Shown here piece by piece: positions 10,073 through 20,613 of a stretch of 64,000 nt of DNA. The notes beneath the pieces were generated by a model. That model did not search any database and had not been told where the DNA came from. It saw only the letters and a list, made by a program, of their open reading frames with translations. Position numbers and translations under genes: made by a program. Position 1 is the stretch's first letter. Every line of letters starts with the position of its first letter. The stretch spans positions 1,075,206 to 1,139,205 of the forward strand of contig CAVRJW010000005.1 in NCBI GenBank assembly GCA_963722125.1, written 5' to 3'. Source of the stretch: an uncultured Alphaproteobacteria bacterium. Its GTDB lineage: Bacteria; Pseudomonadota; Alphaproteobacteria; Rhizobiales; Xanthobacteraceae.

Positions 10073-11302
10073 ATGCGAAAAACGGCGTTGGCGCTTGCGG
10101 TCCTCGTGCTTGGCGGTGTCGCTTCAGGGCAAGCCTGGGCCGCCACCTGCAGCAGCACCGGCAGCTATGAGCGTTGGCTTGAGGACTTCAAGAAGGACGC
10201 TGCCGCCCAAGGCATTTCCCCGCGCGTCATTGCCGCAGCAACGCCGAGCATGACATTTGATCAAGCGATCATCCGTCGCGACCACGGCCAGGCGGTGTTC
10301 AACCAGACTTTTCTGCAATTTTCCGATCGCATGGTCGGCGGCGCGCGCATCCCCAATGGACTTGCCAAGATCAAGCAGCACGCGGACCTGTTCAAGCGTG
10401 TCGAGGAAAAATACGGCGTTCCCGCGCCGGTGCTCACCGCGTTTTGGGGACTCGAAAGCGACTTCGGCGCCAATTTCGGCAACTACAATATTTTGGGTGC
10501 GCTGGCGACGCTCGCTTATGATTGCCGCCGGCCCGATTTCTTCCGCCAACAATTACTCGACGCACTGCGCATCATCGAGCGCGGTGATCAGCATGTCGAA
10601 GATATGATCGGCGACTGGGCCGGCGAATTCGGCGGCATGCAATTCACCGCCTCCGACTATCTCAAGAATGCCGTCGATTTCGACGGCGACGGCCGCCGCG
10701 ACCTCATTCACAGCATCCCGGATACACTCGCGTCCGCCGCAAACTTCCTTGTCACGCTCGGTTGGCAACGGGGCCAACCGTGGCTGCAGGAGGTGCACGT
10801 GCCAGCCAACTTGCCGTGGCAGGAGGCTGACGTGAGCATCCAGCACCCGCGCTCGAAATGGGTGGCTTGGGGCGTGACGGTTGCGAACGGCTCCTTGCCT
10901 TCGGATGACCTGCCGGCGTCGCTCATCCTCCCGATGGGACGCCGCGGTCCCGCTTTCCTGGCCTATCCGAATTTCAAGGCGTTCCTCGGCTGGAATTCCG
11001 CGATGGTCTATTCAACGACCGTTGCCTATTTCGCCACCCGCCTGGCCGGCGCGCCAAATGTCGACCACGCGGGCGCAGCGACGATTGCACCGCTGACCAC
11101 GCAGCAGGTCATGGAATTGCAGACCTTGCTGACCAAGCAAGGCTATGAAGGCGTCGGCGAAGCTGATGGCAAAGTCGGCAACGGCACCCGCAGCGCAACC
11201 AGGAAGGCACAGATGAAGCTGGGACTGCCGGCGGATTCCTATCCGACCGCCGAACTCATCGAACGTCTGCGCGCAGGCGGGAATAGCACTTCAAAACGTT
11301 AA
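10073..11302 (+). CDS. Lytic murein transglycosylase (MltB family) with C-terminal peptidoglycan-binding domain
   Basis: Signal peptide, an SLT_2-like core (FWGLESDFG, GDWAGEFGGMQF), and a C-terminal PG_binding_1-like repeat (LQTLLTKQGY...DGKVGNGTRSA). Confidence 0.85.
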   Translation: MRKTALALAVLVLGGVASGQAWAATCSSTGSYERWLEDFKKDAAAQGISPRVIAAATPSMTFDQAIIRRDHGQAVFNQTFLQFSDRMVGGARIPNGLAKIKQHADLFKRVEEKYGVPAPVLTAFWGLESDFGANFGNYNILGALATLAYDCRRPDFFRQQLLDALRIIERGDQHVEDMIGDWAGEFGGMQFTASDYLKNAVDFDGDGRRDLIHSIPDTLASAANFLVTLGWQRGQPWLQEVHVPANLPWQEADVSIQHPRSKWVAWGVTVANGSLPSDDLPASLILPMGRRGPAFLAYPNFKAFLGWNSAMVYSTTVAYFATRLAGAPNVDHAGAATIAPLTTQQVMELQTLLTKQGYEGVGEADGKVGNGTRSATRKAQMKLGLPADSYPTAELIERLRAGGNSTSKR

Positions 11303-11487
11303 TTCGTTCGCCGCGAGTGGCTAATTTTTGAGCGTACGCCTCGAGATTTCTCGCTGGTCGAGCGCGATAATTACAAGACCTTCATCTTCGATCACATCCG
11401 AAAGATTGACCGCCGGGTTGGTGAACCACCGGCCGTTTAATCAGTTGTAGGACGGAACCACGTCCTGCACGTGGTGGAGGATAAACT

Positions 11488-13314
11488 ATGATCAATCGCA
11501 CGAAGATTTTGTTGCTGGCAACGACGCTGGCCGTTGCCCTGCCGATGAGCGCTAACGCGCAAATACAGCAAGGCGCGCCGGCAAAAGCTGCCCCGGCAAG
11601 GGCAGCTGCTCCGCGTGCCGCGGCGCCCGCGCCGCACATGGCGGCGCCACAGCGCATGGCGGCGCCACAGCGTACGGCTGCGCCACAGCGCATGGCTGCA
11701 CCACAGCGTGCAGCCCCACCACCGCGGATGGCAGCACCATCACGCATGGCGGCGCCGCATACTGCACCTGTTGCACGAGCCGCAACGCCGCATATCGCAC
11801 CGCAACACGCGACGGTCCCACAAAATCGATCGGCTGCGGTGAATTGCAGCGTGCAGCGGAACGAACGCAATGTGCAGCAGAACGAGGTCCGCCAGCAGCG
11901 GGCCCTGCGTCAGCATGGCGCGCAGCCGACCGCGCAAGCACGGACAAATATCCAGGCGCAGCCTCAGGCGAATACGCGTCAAGCGCTGCGCACTGAACGC
12001 AATCTGCGCCGAGGCGAAGCTCGCGAATTGCGCCGCCTACCCGCGTCACAGCGGGCGCAACGACTTGAGCAGATCCAGCAGTCACGCCAGCAACGCGCAC
12101 TGTCGCGGCAACAGCTGGCGCAACCAAACGCTCTGCAATCGCGGTCGAACGCAGCGACCTTGCGTGCCAACCGCCGCGACGGCAGTCCACGCGTGACGGC
12201 TGACGCTGCACGTCAGGGCCGTTTCGCCTCGCGCTTTTCTCAACAAGCCGGCGGCGTGAATGGCGTTAACGGGCGCGATCGCTTTGCTCACGTCGCCGCG
12301 CAACGCGCCTGGCAGCGCGGCCTGCGCGCGGCCTTCGTGCCGTGGTACGGCCCGGTGTTCTGGCCATACGCGTACTCTGACATCTTCGATTATGCATTCT
12401 GGCCCACCGGTTATGACGATGGTTTCTGGGCCTATGCCTATGACGACTTCTTCGACGGCGTATTCTGGGGGCAGTCCGGCCCACCGCAAGGCTACGCTCT
12501 GGACGACTCCTATGGTGGCAGCCCACAAGCCGGAGGCTCTCCGGCCGGCGCCTCAATCGCGGGTGCACCTGCTTCGGCGCAGGCGAGCTATGCCTCCGTG
12601 CAGGAGCTGTGCAAACAACCCGGTAGTGGCATCACTGCGTGGCCCTTCGCCGATATCGAACGCAAGGTCGGGCTCAATGGCGACCAGAAGCAATTGCTCG
12701 GCGATGTGCGCAAGGCGAGCTTGGATGCGGCCGCCGTCTTCAAAGCGTCTTGCCCGGCGGACAATGCCTTCCCTCTGACGCCTCCGGGCCGTCTGGGCGC
12801 GATGACAGCACGGCTTGATGCGACCTTGCAGGCCGTGGAAACGGTGCGGCCGGCGCTGGAGAAGTTCTACGACTCGCTCAACGACGAGCAGAAGGAGCGC
12901 TTCAACGAACTGGGGCCGAAAAACACGGCAACCAACCCCGAGGCCAACTCTGCCGCACAGACCGCAGATGCTTGCAAGCAGCCTAAGCAAGGTCTCTCCA
13001 ACCTGCCGATCGAGAAGATCGAGGATGCCCTCAATCCAACCGACGCGCAGGCAACCGGGCTGAACAACTTGCAGGAAGCGACCAACAAAGCGGTTTCAAT
13101 CATGCAAGCGGCCTGCCCCGACGAAACGCCGATTACGCCGCCGGGACGTCTGGATGCAATGCAGACGCGCCTGCAAGCGATGATCGATGCGGCCAAGACC
13201 GTGAAGCCGGCACTCGACAGCTTCTACGCCTCGCTTACCGGTGAGCAGAAGGCACGCTTCAATCGTATCGGACAGCAGCTGTCGGAGACAGTGGGACAGT
13301 CGAGCAAAAACTGA
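11488..13314 (+). CDS. Periplasmic Spy/CpxP-like (LTXXQ-motif) protein with long repetitive N-terminal region
   Basis: 608 aa, arranged as: signal peptide; MAAPQR hexapeptide repeats; a Q/R-rich segment; an aromatic/acidic segment (FWPYAYSDIFDYAFWP); then two copies of a module containing L(N/T)xxQ motifs (LNGDQKQL, LNDEQKERF, LNPTDAQATGL, LTGEQKARF). Confidence 0.7.
   Translation: MINRTKILLLATTLAVALPMSANAQIQQGAPAKAAPARAAAPRAAAPAPHMAAPQRMAAPQRTAAPQRMAAPQRAAPPPRMAAPSRMAAPHTAPVARAATPHIAPQHATVPQNRSAAVNCSVQRNERNVQQNEVRQQRALRQHGAQPTAQARTNIQAQPQANTRQALRTERNLRRGEARELRRLPASQRAQRLEQIQQSRQQRALSRQQLAQPNALQSRSNAATLRANRRDGSPRVTADAARQGRFASRFSQQAGGVNGVNGRDRFAHVAAQRAWQRGLRAAFVPWYGPVFWPYAYSDIFDYAFWPTGYDDGFWAYAYDDFFDGVFWGQSGPPQGYALDDSYGGSPQAGGSPAGASIAGAPASAQASYASVQELCKQPGSGITAWPFADIERKVGLNGDQKQLLGDVRKASLDAAAVFKASCPADNAFPLTPPGRLGAMTARLDATLQAVETVRPALEKFYDSLNDEQKERFNELGPKNTATNPEANSAAQTADACKQPKQGLSNLPIEKIEDALNPTDAQATGLNNLQEATNKAVSIMQAACPDETPITPPGRLDAMQTRLQAMIDAAKTVKPALDSFYASLTGEQKARFNRIGQQLSETVGQSSKN
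11638..11763 (+). repeat. Seven tandem 18-nt units encoding (M/T/A)AAP(Q/P/S/H)R inside the CpxP-like gene
   Basis: Units begin at 11638, 11656, 11674, 11692, 11710, 11728 and 11746. The first two are near-identical (atggcggcgccacagcgc / ...cgt) and later units degrade. Confidence 0.9.
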
Positions 13315-13333
13315 TCCCGGTTATCATAAAATG

Positions 13334-13363
13334 AAAAGGGCGGCCGCAATGGCCGCCCTTTTT
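13334..13363. terminator. Bidirectional rho-independent terminator between convergent CpxP-like gene and pckA
   Basis: aaaa-gggcggcc-gcaat-ggccgccc-ttttt: an 8-bp GC stem flanked by an A-run and a T-run. Confidence 0.8.
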
Positions 13364-13379
13364 CTATCGTTAGACTGAA

Positions 13380-14999
13380 TTACTCCGCAGCGATCCGCAC
13401 TTCCGGTGCTGCCGCCTTGATGTCGGGCGTGACATGCTGATCGAACTTGGCAAAGTTCTTTTGGAACATGCCGACCAGATCGCGCGCGGTCTTGTCGAAC
13501 TCAGCTTTGTCCTTCCAGGTCTTGAAGGGGTTCAGCAGGTGCGGCTCGACGCCCGGCACTGAGGTCGGCACGGAGAACCCGAAATACGGGTCGGTGCGGA
13601 AATCCGCATCCTTCAGGGAGCCGTCGAGCGCGGCCGTAAGCAAAGTCCGCGTCGCCTTGATCGGCATGCGCCGGCCCACACCGTATTTCCCACCGGTCCA
13701 GCCGGAATTGACCAGCCAGACATCGACGTTGTGCTTGTTGATATAGTCACGCAGCAGATCGGCATACACCGACGGATGCCGTGGCAGGAACGGCGCGCCA
13801 AAGCAGGTCGAGAATTCCGGCTGCACGCCCACCAGGCCCTTCTCGGTGCCGGCGACCTTCGCCGTGTACCCTGAAAGGAAGTGATACATCGCCTGCGTCG
13901 CCGTGAGCTTCGCGATCGGCGGCATGACGCCGAAGGCGTCGGCCGTGAGGAAAATGATGTTCTTCGGATGGCCGGCGCGGCCGCTGCGCGATGCATTCGG
14001 GATGAAGTCGAGCGGATAGGCTGAGCGCGTGTTCTCGGTCTTCGAACCGTCATCATAATCGGGCACGCGCGTGACCGGATCGAACGCGACGTTCTCCAGG
14101 ACGGCGCCGAAGCGGTTGGTGGCGTCCCAGATCATTGGCTCCGCTTCCTGCGAGAGCTTGATGGTCTTGGCGTAGCAACCGCCTTCGAAATTGAAGATCC
14201 CGTCCGGGCCCCAACCATGTTCATCGTCGCCGATGAGAATGCGGCTCGGGTCAGCCGAGAGCGTGGTCTTGCCGGTGCCGGAGAGGCCGAAGAATAGCGC
14301 GCTCTCGCCTTCGTGGCTGACATTGGCCGAGCAGTGCATCGGCACGACGTTGCGTGCAGGCAGATAGAAATTGAGTGTGGTGAACACCGATTTCTTCATC
14401 TCGCCGGCATAGGACGAGCCGCAGATCAGCACGATCTTGCGCGTGAAATCGATGGCGACCATCGTGTCCGAACCGTCGCGGCCACCGTGACGCTTGGCGT
14501 CGGGTTTGAACGAAGGCAAATCGACAATGGTAAGTTCTGGAACGAAGCCTGCGAGCTCCTTGAGCTCGGGACGAATCAGCAGCTGCCGGATGAAGAGCGA
14601 GTGCCAGGCGAGTTCGGTAAAGACCCGGACCTTGATGCGGTAGGTGTGATCGGCGCCGCCATAGAGATCCTGCGCGAAGAGCTTTTTACCTTCGGCATGC
14701 TTGACGAAGTCGGCGAGCATGTTGTCGAAGTTCTCCTTCGACATTTTGCGGTTGCCGTCCCACCACACTGAATTGCAAGTGAGATCGTCGACGACGGTAT
14801 GTTTATCCTTCGGGCTGCGGCCGGTGTGGTGCCCGGTTTCGGCGCAGAGCGCGCCCCCCTCGACCATCGACGCCTCGCCCTGGGAGATGGCGTATTCATA
14901 GAGTTTCGGCGCGGTCAGGTTCCAGCGCACCTCGGCCAGATTTTTGAAGCCGAATTTGTCGGCGCCATAGGCACCGTTCCGAACACCCTGCTCTTGCAC
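13380..14999 (-). CDS. pckA: Phosphoenolpyruvate carboxykinase (ATP)
   Basis: 539 aa with [13 protein letters not shown] (kinase-1a) and [11 protein letters not shown] start preceded by GGGAGGA. Confidence 0.95.
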   Translation of the reverse strand: MQEQGVRNGAYGADKFGFKNLAEVRWNLTAPKLYEYAISQGEASMVEGGALCAETGHHTGRSPKDKHTVVDDLTCNSVWWDGNRKMSKENFDNMLADFVKHAEGKKLFAQDLYGGADHTYRIKVRVFTELAWHSLFIRQLLIRPELKELAGFVPELTIVDLPSFKPDAKRHGGRDGSDTMVAIDFTRKIVLICGSSYAGEMKKSVFTTLNFYLPARNVVPMHCSANVSHEGESALFFGLSGTGKTTLSADPSRILIGDDEHGWGPDGIFNFEGGCYAKTIKLSQEAEPMIWDATNRFGAVLENVAFDPVTRVPDYDDGSKTENTRSAYPLDFIPNASRSGRAGHPKNIIFLTADAFGVMPPIAKLTATQAMYHFLSGYTAKVAGTEKGLVGVQPEFSTCFGAPFLPRHPSVYADLLRDYINKHNVDVWLVNSGWTGGKYGVGRRMPIKATRTLLTAALDGSLKDADFRTDPYFGFSVPTSVPGVEPHLLNPFKTWKDKAEFDKTARDLVGMFQKNFAKFDQHVTPDIKAAAPEVRIAAE

Positions 15000-15250
15000 G
15001 CGATTCCTCCCAACTACTCAGGCCGCTTTGTTGCCAGACCCCTCAATGGGCGTTTTGGGTCCGGGCCGCGGCTCCTCAGACGCAAGTATAGCCCCTAGCC
15101 TGAAAGCGGGCGAGCATATGCACCAACGGCCCGGAAATGCCAAGGATAAATGCCATGCAAGGTTGCCGATCGACATTGCGCTGCATCAATGTCTCCGGGA
15201 TAAAATTTCGAGGGGGGAACCGGCCTGTTTACGAATTTAACCGCCGGTAA

Positions 15251-16285
15251 TTACTCGACCAAACCCTTGTCTGTCAGCCATTTTTGAATCAGGTCGGCAA
15301 TCTGACCGTTGTTTTTGTCCATCATCATCATATGGGAATTACCCTTGATGCCGACCTCGGGCAGATTAACCACATCCGCTTTTCCCCCCGCAGCGCGAAT
15401 GGCTTCCGCATAGTCGAGGCCGATCTGCCGCATTTTCGGCCAGCGACTGTCGAGCGGGATGTAATCGCCGTAGACGACCAAAGTCGGGATGTCTTTCAGC
15501 TTGCCGGCCTGCGCCTTGTCGCCAGCGACCGCCGGCTCGACCGCCACAATCGCCTTGATCTTGTCGGGCCGTGCCTGCGCCACGGTGAATCCGAAGCCGC
15601 CGGCCTGGCTGTGAAACAAAAGAACGCAGGGACAGATTTTATCGACCAGCGCGATATAGGCGGCAACGATCGCTTCGTCGGTATTCGTCCACCGCGGCAC
15701 GATCTGTTTCGTGAAATTGTCGTAGGCCTCGACCGGGAACTGGCTGCCGACGTTCACTTTCATCTTGGCAGGGTCTGCATTCCATGACCCCAAGCCCTGC
15801 CCGATGCGGAAGCGCTCGAACGGATTCGCCGTGGTCAGAAAATTCGGCTCGCTTTTCCATACGTCCGGTGGTGCGAAGCCGGAACGGCCACGCTCGACGG
15901 CATCCGAATTGTAAACGTCCCAACCTTTTCGGATGAACATATTGAGCCAGCCTTCACGGCCGTCGGGGGTGCTCTCATAAGTGACGCCAGTGAGGCCGCC
16001 GCCATGCCACATCAGCAGCGGATATTTCCCCTTGCGATTCTGCGGCAGGAAGTACTGCACGTACATCTGCTCGACCTGATAGAGGCCGTTTGGATCGATC
16101 TTGGCCGGAACGCCGCCGGCGCCAAGCACGAGTTCCTTGATCGGCTTGCCGGAAATTTCGACGACGCGGCCGCCGATATGGAATGAGCCCATGTCGCGCA
16201 ACGCGATCGGCTCGCCGGCGGATGCTGCATTCATGGCGCAAACCGTAGCGGCGCTCGCCACGATGGAAAACAGGATTTTACGCAT
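15251..16285 (-). CDS. Secreted alpha/beta-hydrolase (esterase-like)
   Basis: Signal peptide, an HGGG-like oxyanion motif (LMWHGGGLTG) and a nucleophile elbow (FHSQAGG). Confidence 0.75.
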   Translation of the reverse strand: MRKILFSIVASAATVCAMNAASAGEPIALRDMGSFHIGGRVVEISGKPIKELVLGAGGVPAKIDPNGLYQVEQMYVQYFLPQNRKGKYPLLMWHGGGLTGVTYESTPDGREGWLNMFIRKGWDVYNSDAVERGRSGFAPPDVWKSEPNFLTTANPFERFRIGQGLGSWNADPAKMKVNVGSQFPVEAYDNFTKQIVPRWTNTDEAIVAAYIALVDKICPCVLLFHSQAGGFGFTVAQARPDKIKAIVAVEPAVAGDKAQAGKLKDIPTLVVYGDYIPLDSRWPKMRQIGLDYAEAIRAAGGKADVVNLPEVGIKGNSHMMMMDKNNGQIADLIQKWLTDKGLVE

Positions 16286-16419
16286 TGTTTCGCTCCCGGA
16301 CTTTTATCGTTGAGCTTAGTCTGACTCATCCAGACGAGCTTGGCGATCAAAAGAGAGATTGGCGACAATCGCGGTGCCCACCTGCACGCGGGGTGCACCG
16401 AACGTGGGCCCCGGCCCCT

Positions 16420-17151
16420 TCAACGCGCCCGTGCTTGCTCGGCGAGTTGTTTGAGGACCGCACGCAACGGCCCAGGCGCGTTGACGCGTTGCGGAAACGG
16501 GAGCCGCCAAGCCGTGCGACCGCTCTGCAATTCGATGCCGTCGGGATCAATGCCGACGCAACGCCACTCACCATCGGGCGCACCCAGCAGCCTGGTCGCG
16601 TAGAGCCGACAGGCGTCGGCGTGGTCGACATTCATGTGCGCAATCGCATCGGCTTCCGCCTCGATCAGCGGCTGTGCATTGGAGATGTCGGTGAGGATGT
16701 CTTGCGGCTTGAGATCGACGATGCGGCCGAAGCCGGCGACGAGGTGTGCGCGCGCGATCTCCATTCGGTAGAACGCAAAATCGGCGAAGTTCACAAACAT
16801 CTCGGCATCCGGATGACGGCGTAGATAGGCGACCGCGGCCGAGGAACCGGATTTCTCCGAGTGTTGGGTGCACGTTCCCATCAGCATTATGCGAGCACCC
16901 TGCAGCGGATCGCCCTCCTTTCGCTCATCCAGCATCAGCGACACCCGCGCATCCGCCATGATGTTTTTGGTGTGAAGAGCCAAAGTCGACAGCAAAAACA
17001 GCGGGGCGCCATCGACCGCGGTGGCAACGTTGACCAGTGAGCAGTAAGGGTCGCCCGAGCCCGCGGCTAGTGTCGCCAAAGCGCCGGAACGCCCTTCGCG
17101 CAGCAGCTTCTTGCCCCCCTGGCGCGGATTGAAGGCGTCGTTGGATGCCAT
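16420..17151 (-). CDS. HugZ/HutZ-like pyridoxamine-5'-phosphate-oxidase-fold protein with DUF2470-like C-terminus (putative heme utilisation)
   Basis: The sequence resembles HugZ-family proteins (GALATL...GDPYCSLVNVA...FLLSTLALHTKN; DFAFYRMEI). The start is taken at MASNDAF (17151); the ORF is open to 17202. Confidence 0.7.
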   Translation of the reverse strand: MASNDAFNPRQGGKKLLREGRSGALATLAAGSGDPYCSLVNVATAVDGAPLFLLSTLALHTKNIMADARVSLMLDERKEGDPLQGARIMLMGTCTQHSEKSGSSAAVAYLRRHPDAEMFVNFADFAFYRMEIARAHLVAGFGRIVDLKPQDILTDISNAQPLIEAEADAIAHMNVDHADACRLYATRLLGAPDGEWRCVGIDPDGIELQSGRTAWRLPFPQRVNAPGPLRAVLKQLAEQARAR

Positions 17152-17312
17152 TGCAGTGGCTCGTACGTTAAGGATGCCGGTCCCAAAGCCACGAGATTTC
17201 ACGCCTTGGGGTTGAATTCGCTACCGAATCACATAGTTGTTGCAAAGAGGCCACATTTCAGACCCCGTTTGTGGGGTTCAAAACGTGCGGGACGTCACGC
17301 AAGAGGGGCTCC

Positions 17313-18011
17313 ATGCCGACAATCGCTCTCGTCGACGACGACCGCAATATCCTGACCTCCGTGTCGATGGCTCTTGAAGCCGAGGGCTATCGCATCATGA
17401 CATATACCGACGGCGCCTCGGCGCTCGACGGTTTCAAGACGTCGCCGCCTGATCTCGCCATCCTCGACATCAAGATGCCGCGCATGGACGGAATGGAGAC
17501 GCTCAGGCGGTTGCGCCAAAAATCCGATATTCCGGTGATCTTCCTCACCTCGAAAGACGAGGAGATCGACGAGATGTTCGGCCTCAAGATGGGGGCCGAC
17601 GATTTCATTCGCAAACCGTTCTCACAGCGCCTCCTGGTCGAGCGCGTGAAAGCGGTGCTGCGCCGCGCCAGCCCCAAAGACGGACTCGCGCCCAAAGAGC
17701 CCGATTCCACCAAAGTGCTCGAGCGCGGCCTCCTGCGCATGGACCCCGAACGACATACCTGCACCTGGAAAAATGAGCCGGTCACCCTCACAGTTACCGA
17801 ATTCCTCATCCTGCAAGCACTCGCCACCCGTCCCGGTGTTGTGAAAAGTCGCAATGCACTGATGGACGCGGCCTACGACGACCAGGTTTACGTTGACGAT
17901 CGCACCATCGACAGCCACATCAAGCGACTACGCAAGAAATTCAAGGTCGTTGACGACGATTTTGAGATGATCGAGACGCTCTATGGCGTCGGCTATCGCT
18001 TTAAGGAATAA
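17313..18011 (+). CDS. chvI: OmpR-family response regulator ChvI
   Basis: [26 protein letters not shown]...[36 protein letters not shown] is near-identical to rhizobial ChvI as I remember it. The sensor gene follows. Confidence 0.9.
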   Translation: MPTIALVDDDRNILTSVSMALEAEGYRIMTYTDGASALDGFKTSPPDLAILDIKMPRMDGMETLRRLRQKSDIPVIFLTSKDEEIDEMFGLKMGADDFIRKPFSQRLLVERVKAVLRRASPKDGLAPKEPDSTKVLERGLLRMDPERHTCTWKNEPVTLTVTEFLILQALATRPGVVKSRNALMDAAYDDQVYVDDRTIDSHIKRLRKKFKVVDDDFEMIETLYGVGYRFKE

Positions 18012-18113
18012 TGAATTCTTGATGTTGCAGGCCATTGGCCGGCCTGACGGAGCGTCGCGGCTTGCGGTAAAATGTCGAGGTCGACTTAAGACCTTCGTCT
18101 CCACCCGGCTGGA

Positions 18114-19922
18114 TTGAACGACGTGCTCGATCGAACTGCGGAAATCATGGCGCAGAAAGCCGAAGCCGACCGGCCCGGCGAGGAGACTTCGCGTCCCGAG
18201 CCCAAACAGGCTGGCGCCATCTGGCGCATGGCGCGCTCCGTCTGGCAACTCTTCGTTGCGCAAAGCTTCTCAAGCCTCACCAGACGCATCGTCTTCCTTA
18301 ATCTTGCCGGCCTGGTCGCATTGCTCACCGGCGTACTTTATCTTTCGCAATTTCGTGCAGGCTTGATCGATGCCCGCGTGCAGAGCCTGCTGACGCAAAG
18401 TGAGATCATCGCCGGCGCGATCGCAGCGTCCGCCACCGTGGAAACCGATTCCCTTACAATCGACCCCGAACGTCTGCTCGAGCTGCAAGCGGGCGAAAGT
18501 TATGGCCCGTCCGATGACACGCTCTCCGGCATCGAATTCCCAATCAATCCCGAGCGCGTGGCGCCAGTTTTGCGGCGCCTCGTCTCGCCAACGAAAACAC
18601 GTGCGCGCATTTACGATCGTGACGGTGTGCTTATTCTCGACAGCCGCAACCTCTACGGCCGCGGCGACGTACTGCGCTTCGACTTGCCGCCGCCGAATGC
18701 GGAAAAGCCCGGCCTTATGGAGCGTGCATTTATCGCGATGCGCCGATGGTTCGGGCGCGGCGACTTGCCGCTTTACAACGAACTCGGCCCTGAAAACGGC
18801 AAAGGCTATTCCGAAGTGACCCAAGCGCTGAACGGCCTGCACGCCAGCATGGTTCGGGTTAATGATCGCGGCGAGGTAATCGTTTCGGTCGCCGTGCCGG
18901 TCCAGCGTTTCCGTGCCGTGCGCGGCGCGCTGATGCTGTCAACACAAGGTGCAGACATTGACGACATGGTGGAAGCTGAACGGCTCGCCATCGTGAAGGT
19001 ATTTTTGGTGGCCGCCGGTGTTATGGTGGTTCTCTCGATGCTACTCGCCGGCACCATCGCCGGTCCGGTGCGGCAACTCGCCGACGGCGCGGAGCAAGTC
19101 CGCCGCCGGATTCGTACGCGCGTCGAGATCCCCGATTTTACCCGGCGGCGCGATGAAATTGGCGATTTGTCGGGCGCGTTGCGCGATATGACCAACGCGC
19201 TCTACACGCGTATCGAAGCGATCGAGAGCTTCGCGGCCGACGTTGCACACGAACTTCGCAATCCTCTCACGTCTTTACGCTCTGCGGTGGAAACACTTCC
19301 CGTGGCCAAGACTGAGCAAAGCCGCCAGCGCCTGCTTGCGGTTATCGAGCACGACGTGAAGCGACTTGACCGACTCATCTCCGACATTTCCGACGCCAGC
19401 CGGCTCGACGCCGAACTGCAGCGGCAGGAAGCGGCGCCTGTCGATCTCTCTAAATTGCTCGACGCGATCGTGAAGGCCGCCAACGAAATTCGTAGCGACG
19501 ACGTCAGCGTGACGCTGGCGTTCGAAGGCGCGCCGCAATCGAACTTCAAGGTGCCCGGCCACGACTCGCGGCTCGGCCAGGTCGTCAGCAATCTGGTCGA
19601 CAATGCCCGATCATTTTCACCGCCGGGCGGTACCGTGCGCATCACATGTCGCCGGCTTAGAAATGATGTCGAGATCGTGGTCGACGATGATGGCCCTGGC
19701 ATCCAGCCGGAAGCGCTCGACAAAATTTTCGAACGTTTCTACACCGACCGTCCGGCGCAAGGCTTCGGTCAGAATTCGGGTCTCGGCCTTTCGATTTCCA
19801 GGCAAATTGTCGAAGCTCACGGCGGGACAATTCGCGTCGAGAACCGCACCGTTGTCGCCGGTCCCGGTGACGAGCTGCGCGTGCTTGGCGCTCGCTTCGT
19901 GGTGCGCTTGCCGGCGACGTAA
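18114..19922 (+). CDS. chvG: Sensor histidine kinase ChvG/ExoS
   Basis: Two TM segments, a periplasmic domain, HAMP, an H-box (FAADVAHELRNPLTSL), and N/G boxes (VSNLVDNA, DDDGPGI, GLGLSISRQIV). The start codon is uncertain (TTG 18114, GTG 18123 or ATG 18147). Confidence 0.85.
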   Translation: MNDVLDRTAEIMAQKAEADRPGEETSRPEPKQAGAIWRMARSVWQLFVAQSFSSLTRRIVFLNLAGLVALLTGVLYLSQFRAGLIDARVQSLLTQSEIIAGAIAASATVETDSLTIDPERLLELQAGESYGPSDDTLSGIEFPINPERVAPVLRRLVSPTKTRARIYDRDGVLILDSRNLYGRGDVLRFDLPPPNAEKPGLMERAFIAMRRWFGRGDLPLYNELGPENGKGYSEVTQALNGLHASMVRVNDRGEVIVSVAVPVQRFRAVRGALMLSTQGADIDDMVEAERLAIVKVFLVAAGVMVVLSMLLAGTIAGPVRQLADGAEQVRRRIRTRVEIPDFTRRRDEIGDLSGALRDMTNALYTRIEAIESFAADVAHELRNPLTSLRSAVETLPVAKTEQSRQRLLAVIEHDVKRLDRLISDISDASRLDAELQRQEAAPVDLSKLLDAIVKAANEIRSDDVSVTLAFEGAPQSNFKVPGHDSRLGQVVSNLVDNARSFSPPGGTVRITCRRLRNDVEIVVDDDGPGIQPEALDKIFERFYTDRPAQGFGQNSGLGLSISRQIVEAHGGTIRVENRTVVAGPGDELRVLGARFVVRLPAT

Positions 19923-20377
19923 TGGCGGCGAACAATTCCACAATCCATGCCTCTGCCGTGCTCGTTGGCGCCAAGGCTGCACTCATCCGCGGTCCATCCG
20001 GCGCGGGCAAATCGCGGTTGGTTTGGAATATTCTGACCGCTGCTGCGCAAGGCGCGCTTCCCTTCGCGCGACTGGTCGCAGACGACAGGGCCCACGTGGA
20101 ATGTTGTTCTGGGCACTTATTGGTTCGCCCAGCGGCGTCGCTCTCCGGCCTGATTGAGATCCATGGGGTCGGCGTTCGGCGGATTGCGTACGAACCCGTG
20201 GCCGTGGTCGGTTTGATTGTGGATCTGGCAGCTGGCGACGCGAGCCGGCATCCGGAGCGGGAAGCCAAAAGCACCAAAATTGCCGGGGTTATAGTCCCGC
20301 GACTTGCCGTCGCAGGCGGGATGGATCCATTACCGCTGATGTTGGCCGGTTTGCTTATCCCCCGGGTGGGGAATTGA
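19922..20377 (+). CDS. hprK: Truncated HPr kinase/phosphorylase (C-terminal domain only, alphaproteobacterial type)
   Basis: 151 aa with P-loop GPSGAGKS and LIEIHGVGV. The ATG overlaps the chvG stop (TAATG). Confidence 0.8.
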   Translation: MAANNSTIHASAVLVGAKAALIRGPSGAGKSRLVWNILTAAAQGALPFARLVADDRAHVECCSGHLLVRPAASLSGLIEIHGVGVRRIAYEPVAVVGLIVDLAAGDASRHPEREAKSTKIAGVIVPRLAVAGGMDPLPLMLAGLLIPRVGN

Positions 20378-20613
20378 CCCGCGCCCGTTAGTTGGCTACC
20401 CCCTGCGCCCTCGACATGATCGAGGAAAATTAACCACAACGGGCCTAGGATTGCGTCGCCGAAAACGCACCCTCCGAGCCCCCTTTGGCCCCATCTTTCC
20501 GCAGTGCAACAGAGCGCCTATATAGCGGTGGAAGCCCTTGCATTGGGGCTCCGGTTGGGCGTGAATGCGCGCCCTATCGTGCGGCGCAGCGTAGCGCCCG
20601 CGAGGAGTTAGGG

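Noticed and set aside
11382-11870. A Cys/Ala/Gly-rich repetitive 162-aa ORF on the minus strand (CGAAMRCGAAVRCGAAMR...).
   Set aside because: It is the mirror image of the MAAPQR tandem repeats of the plus-strand CpxP-like gene. That gene has a signal peptide and downstream LTXXQ modules, whereas the antisense ORF has no independent support.
20485-20613. An N-terminal extension of the EIIA-Man ORF (43 extra codons).
   Set aside because: The extension (MAPSFRSATERLYSGGSPCIGAPVGRECAPYRAAQRSAREELG) is not EIIA-like. The canonical MIGLVLVTHG start at 20614 is preceded by GAGGAG.
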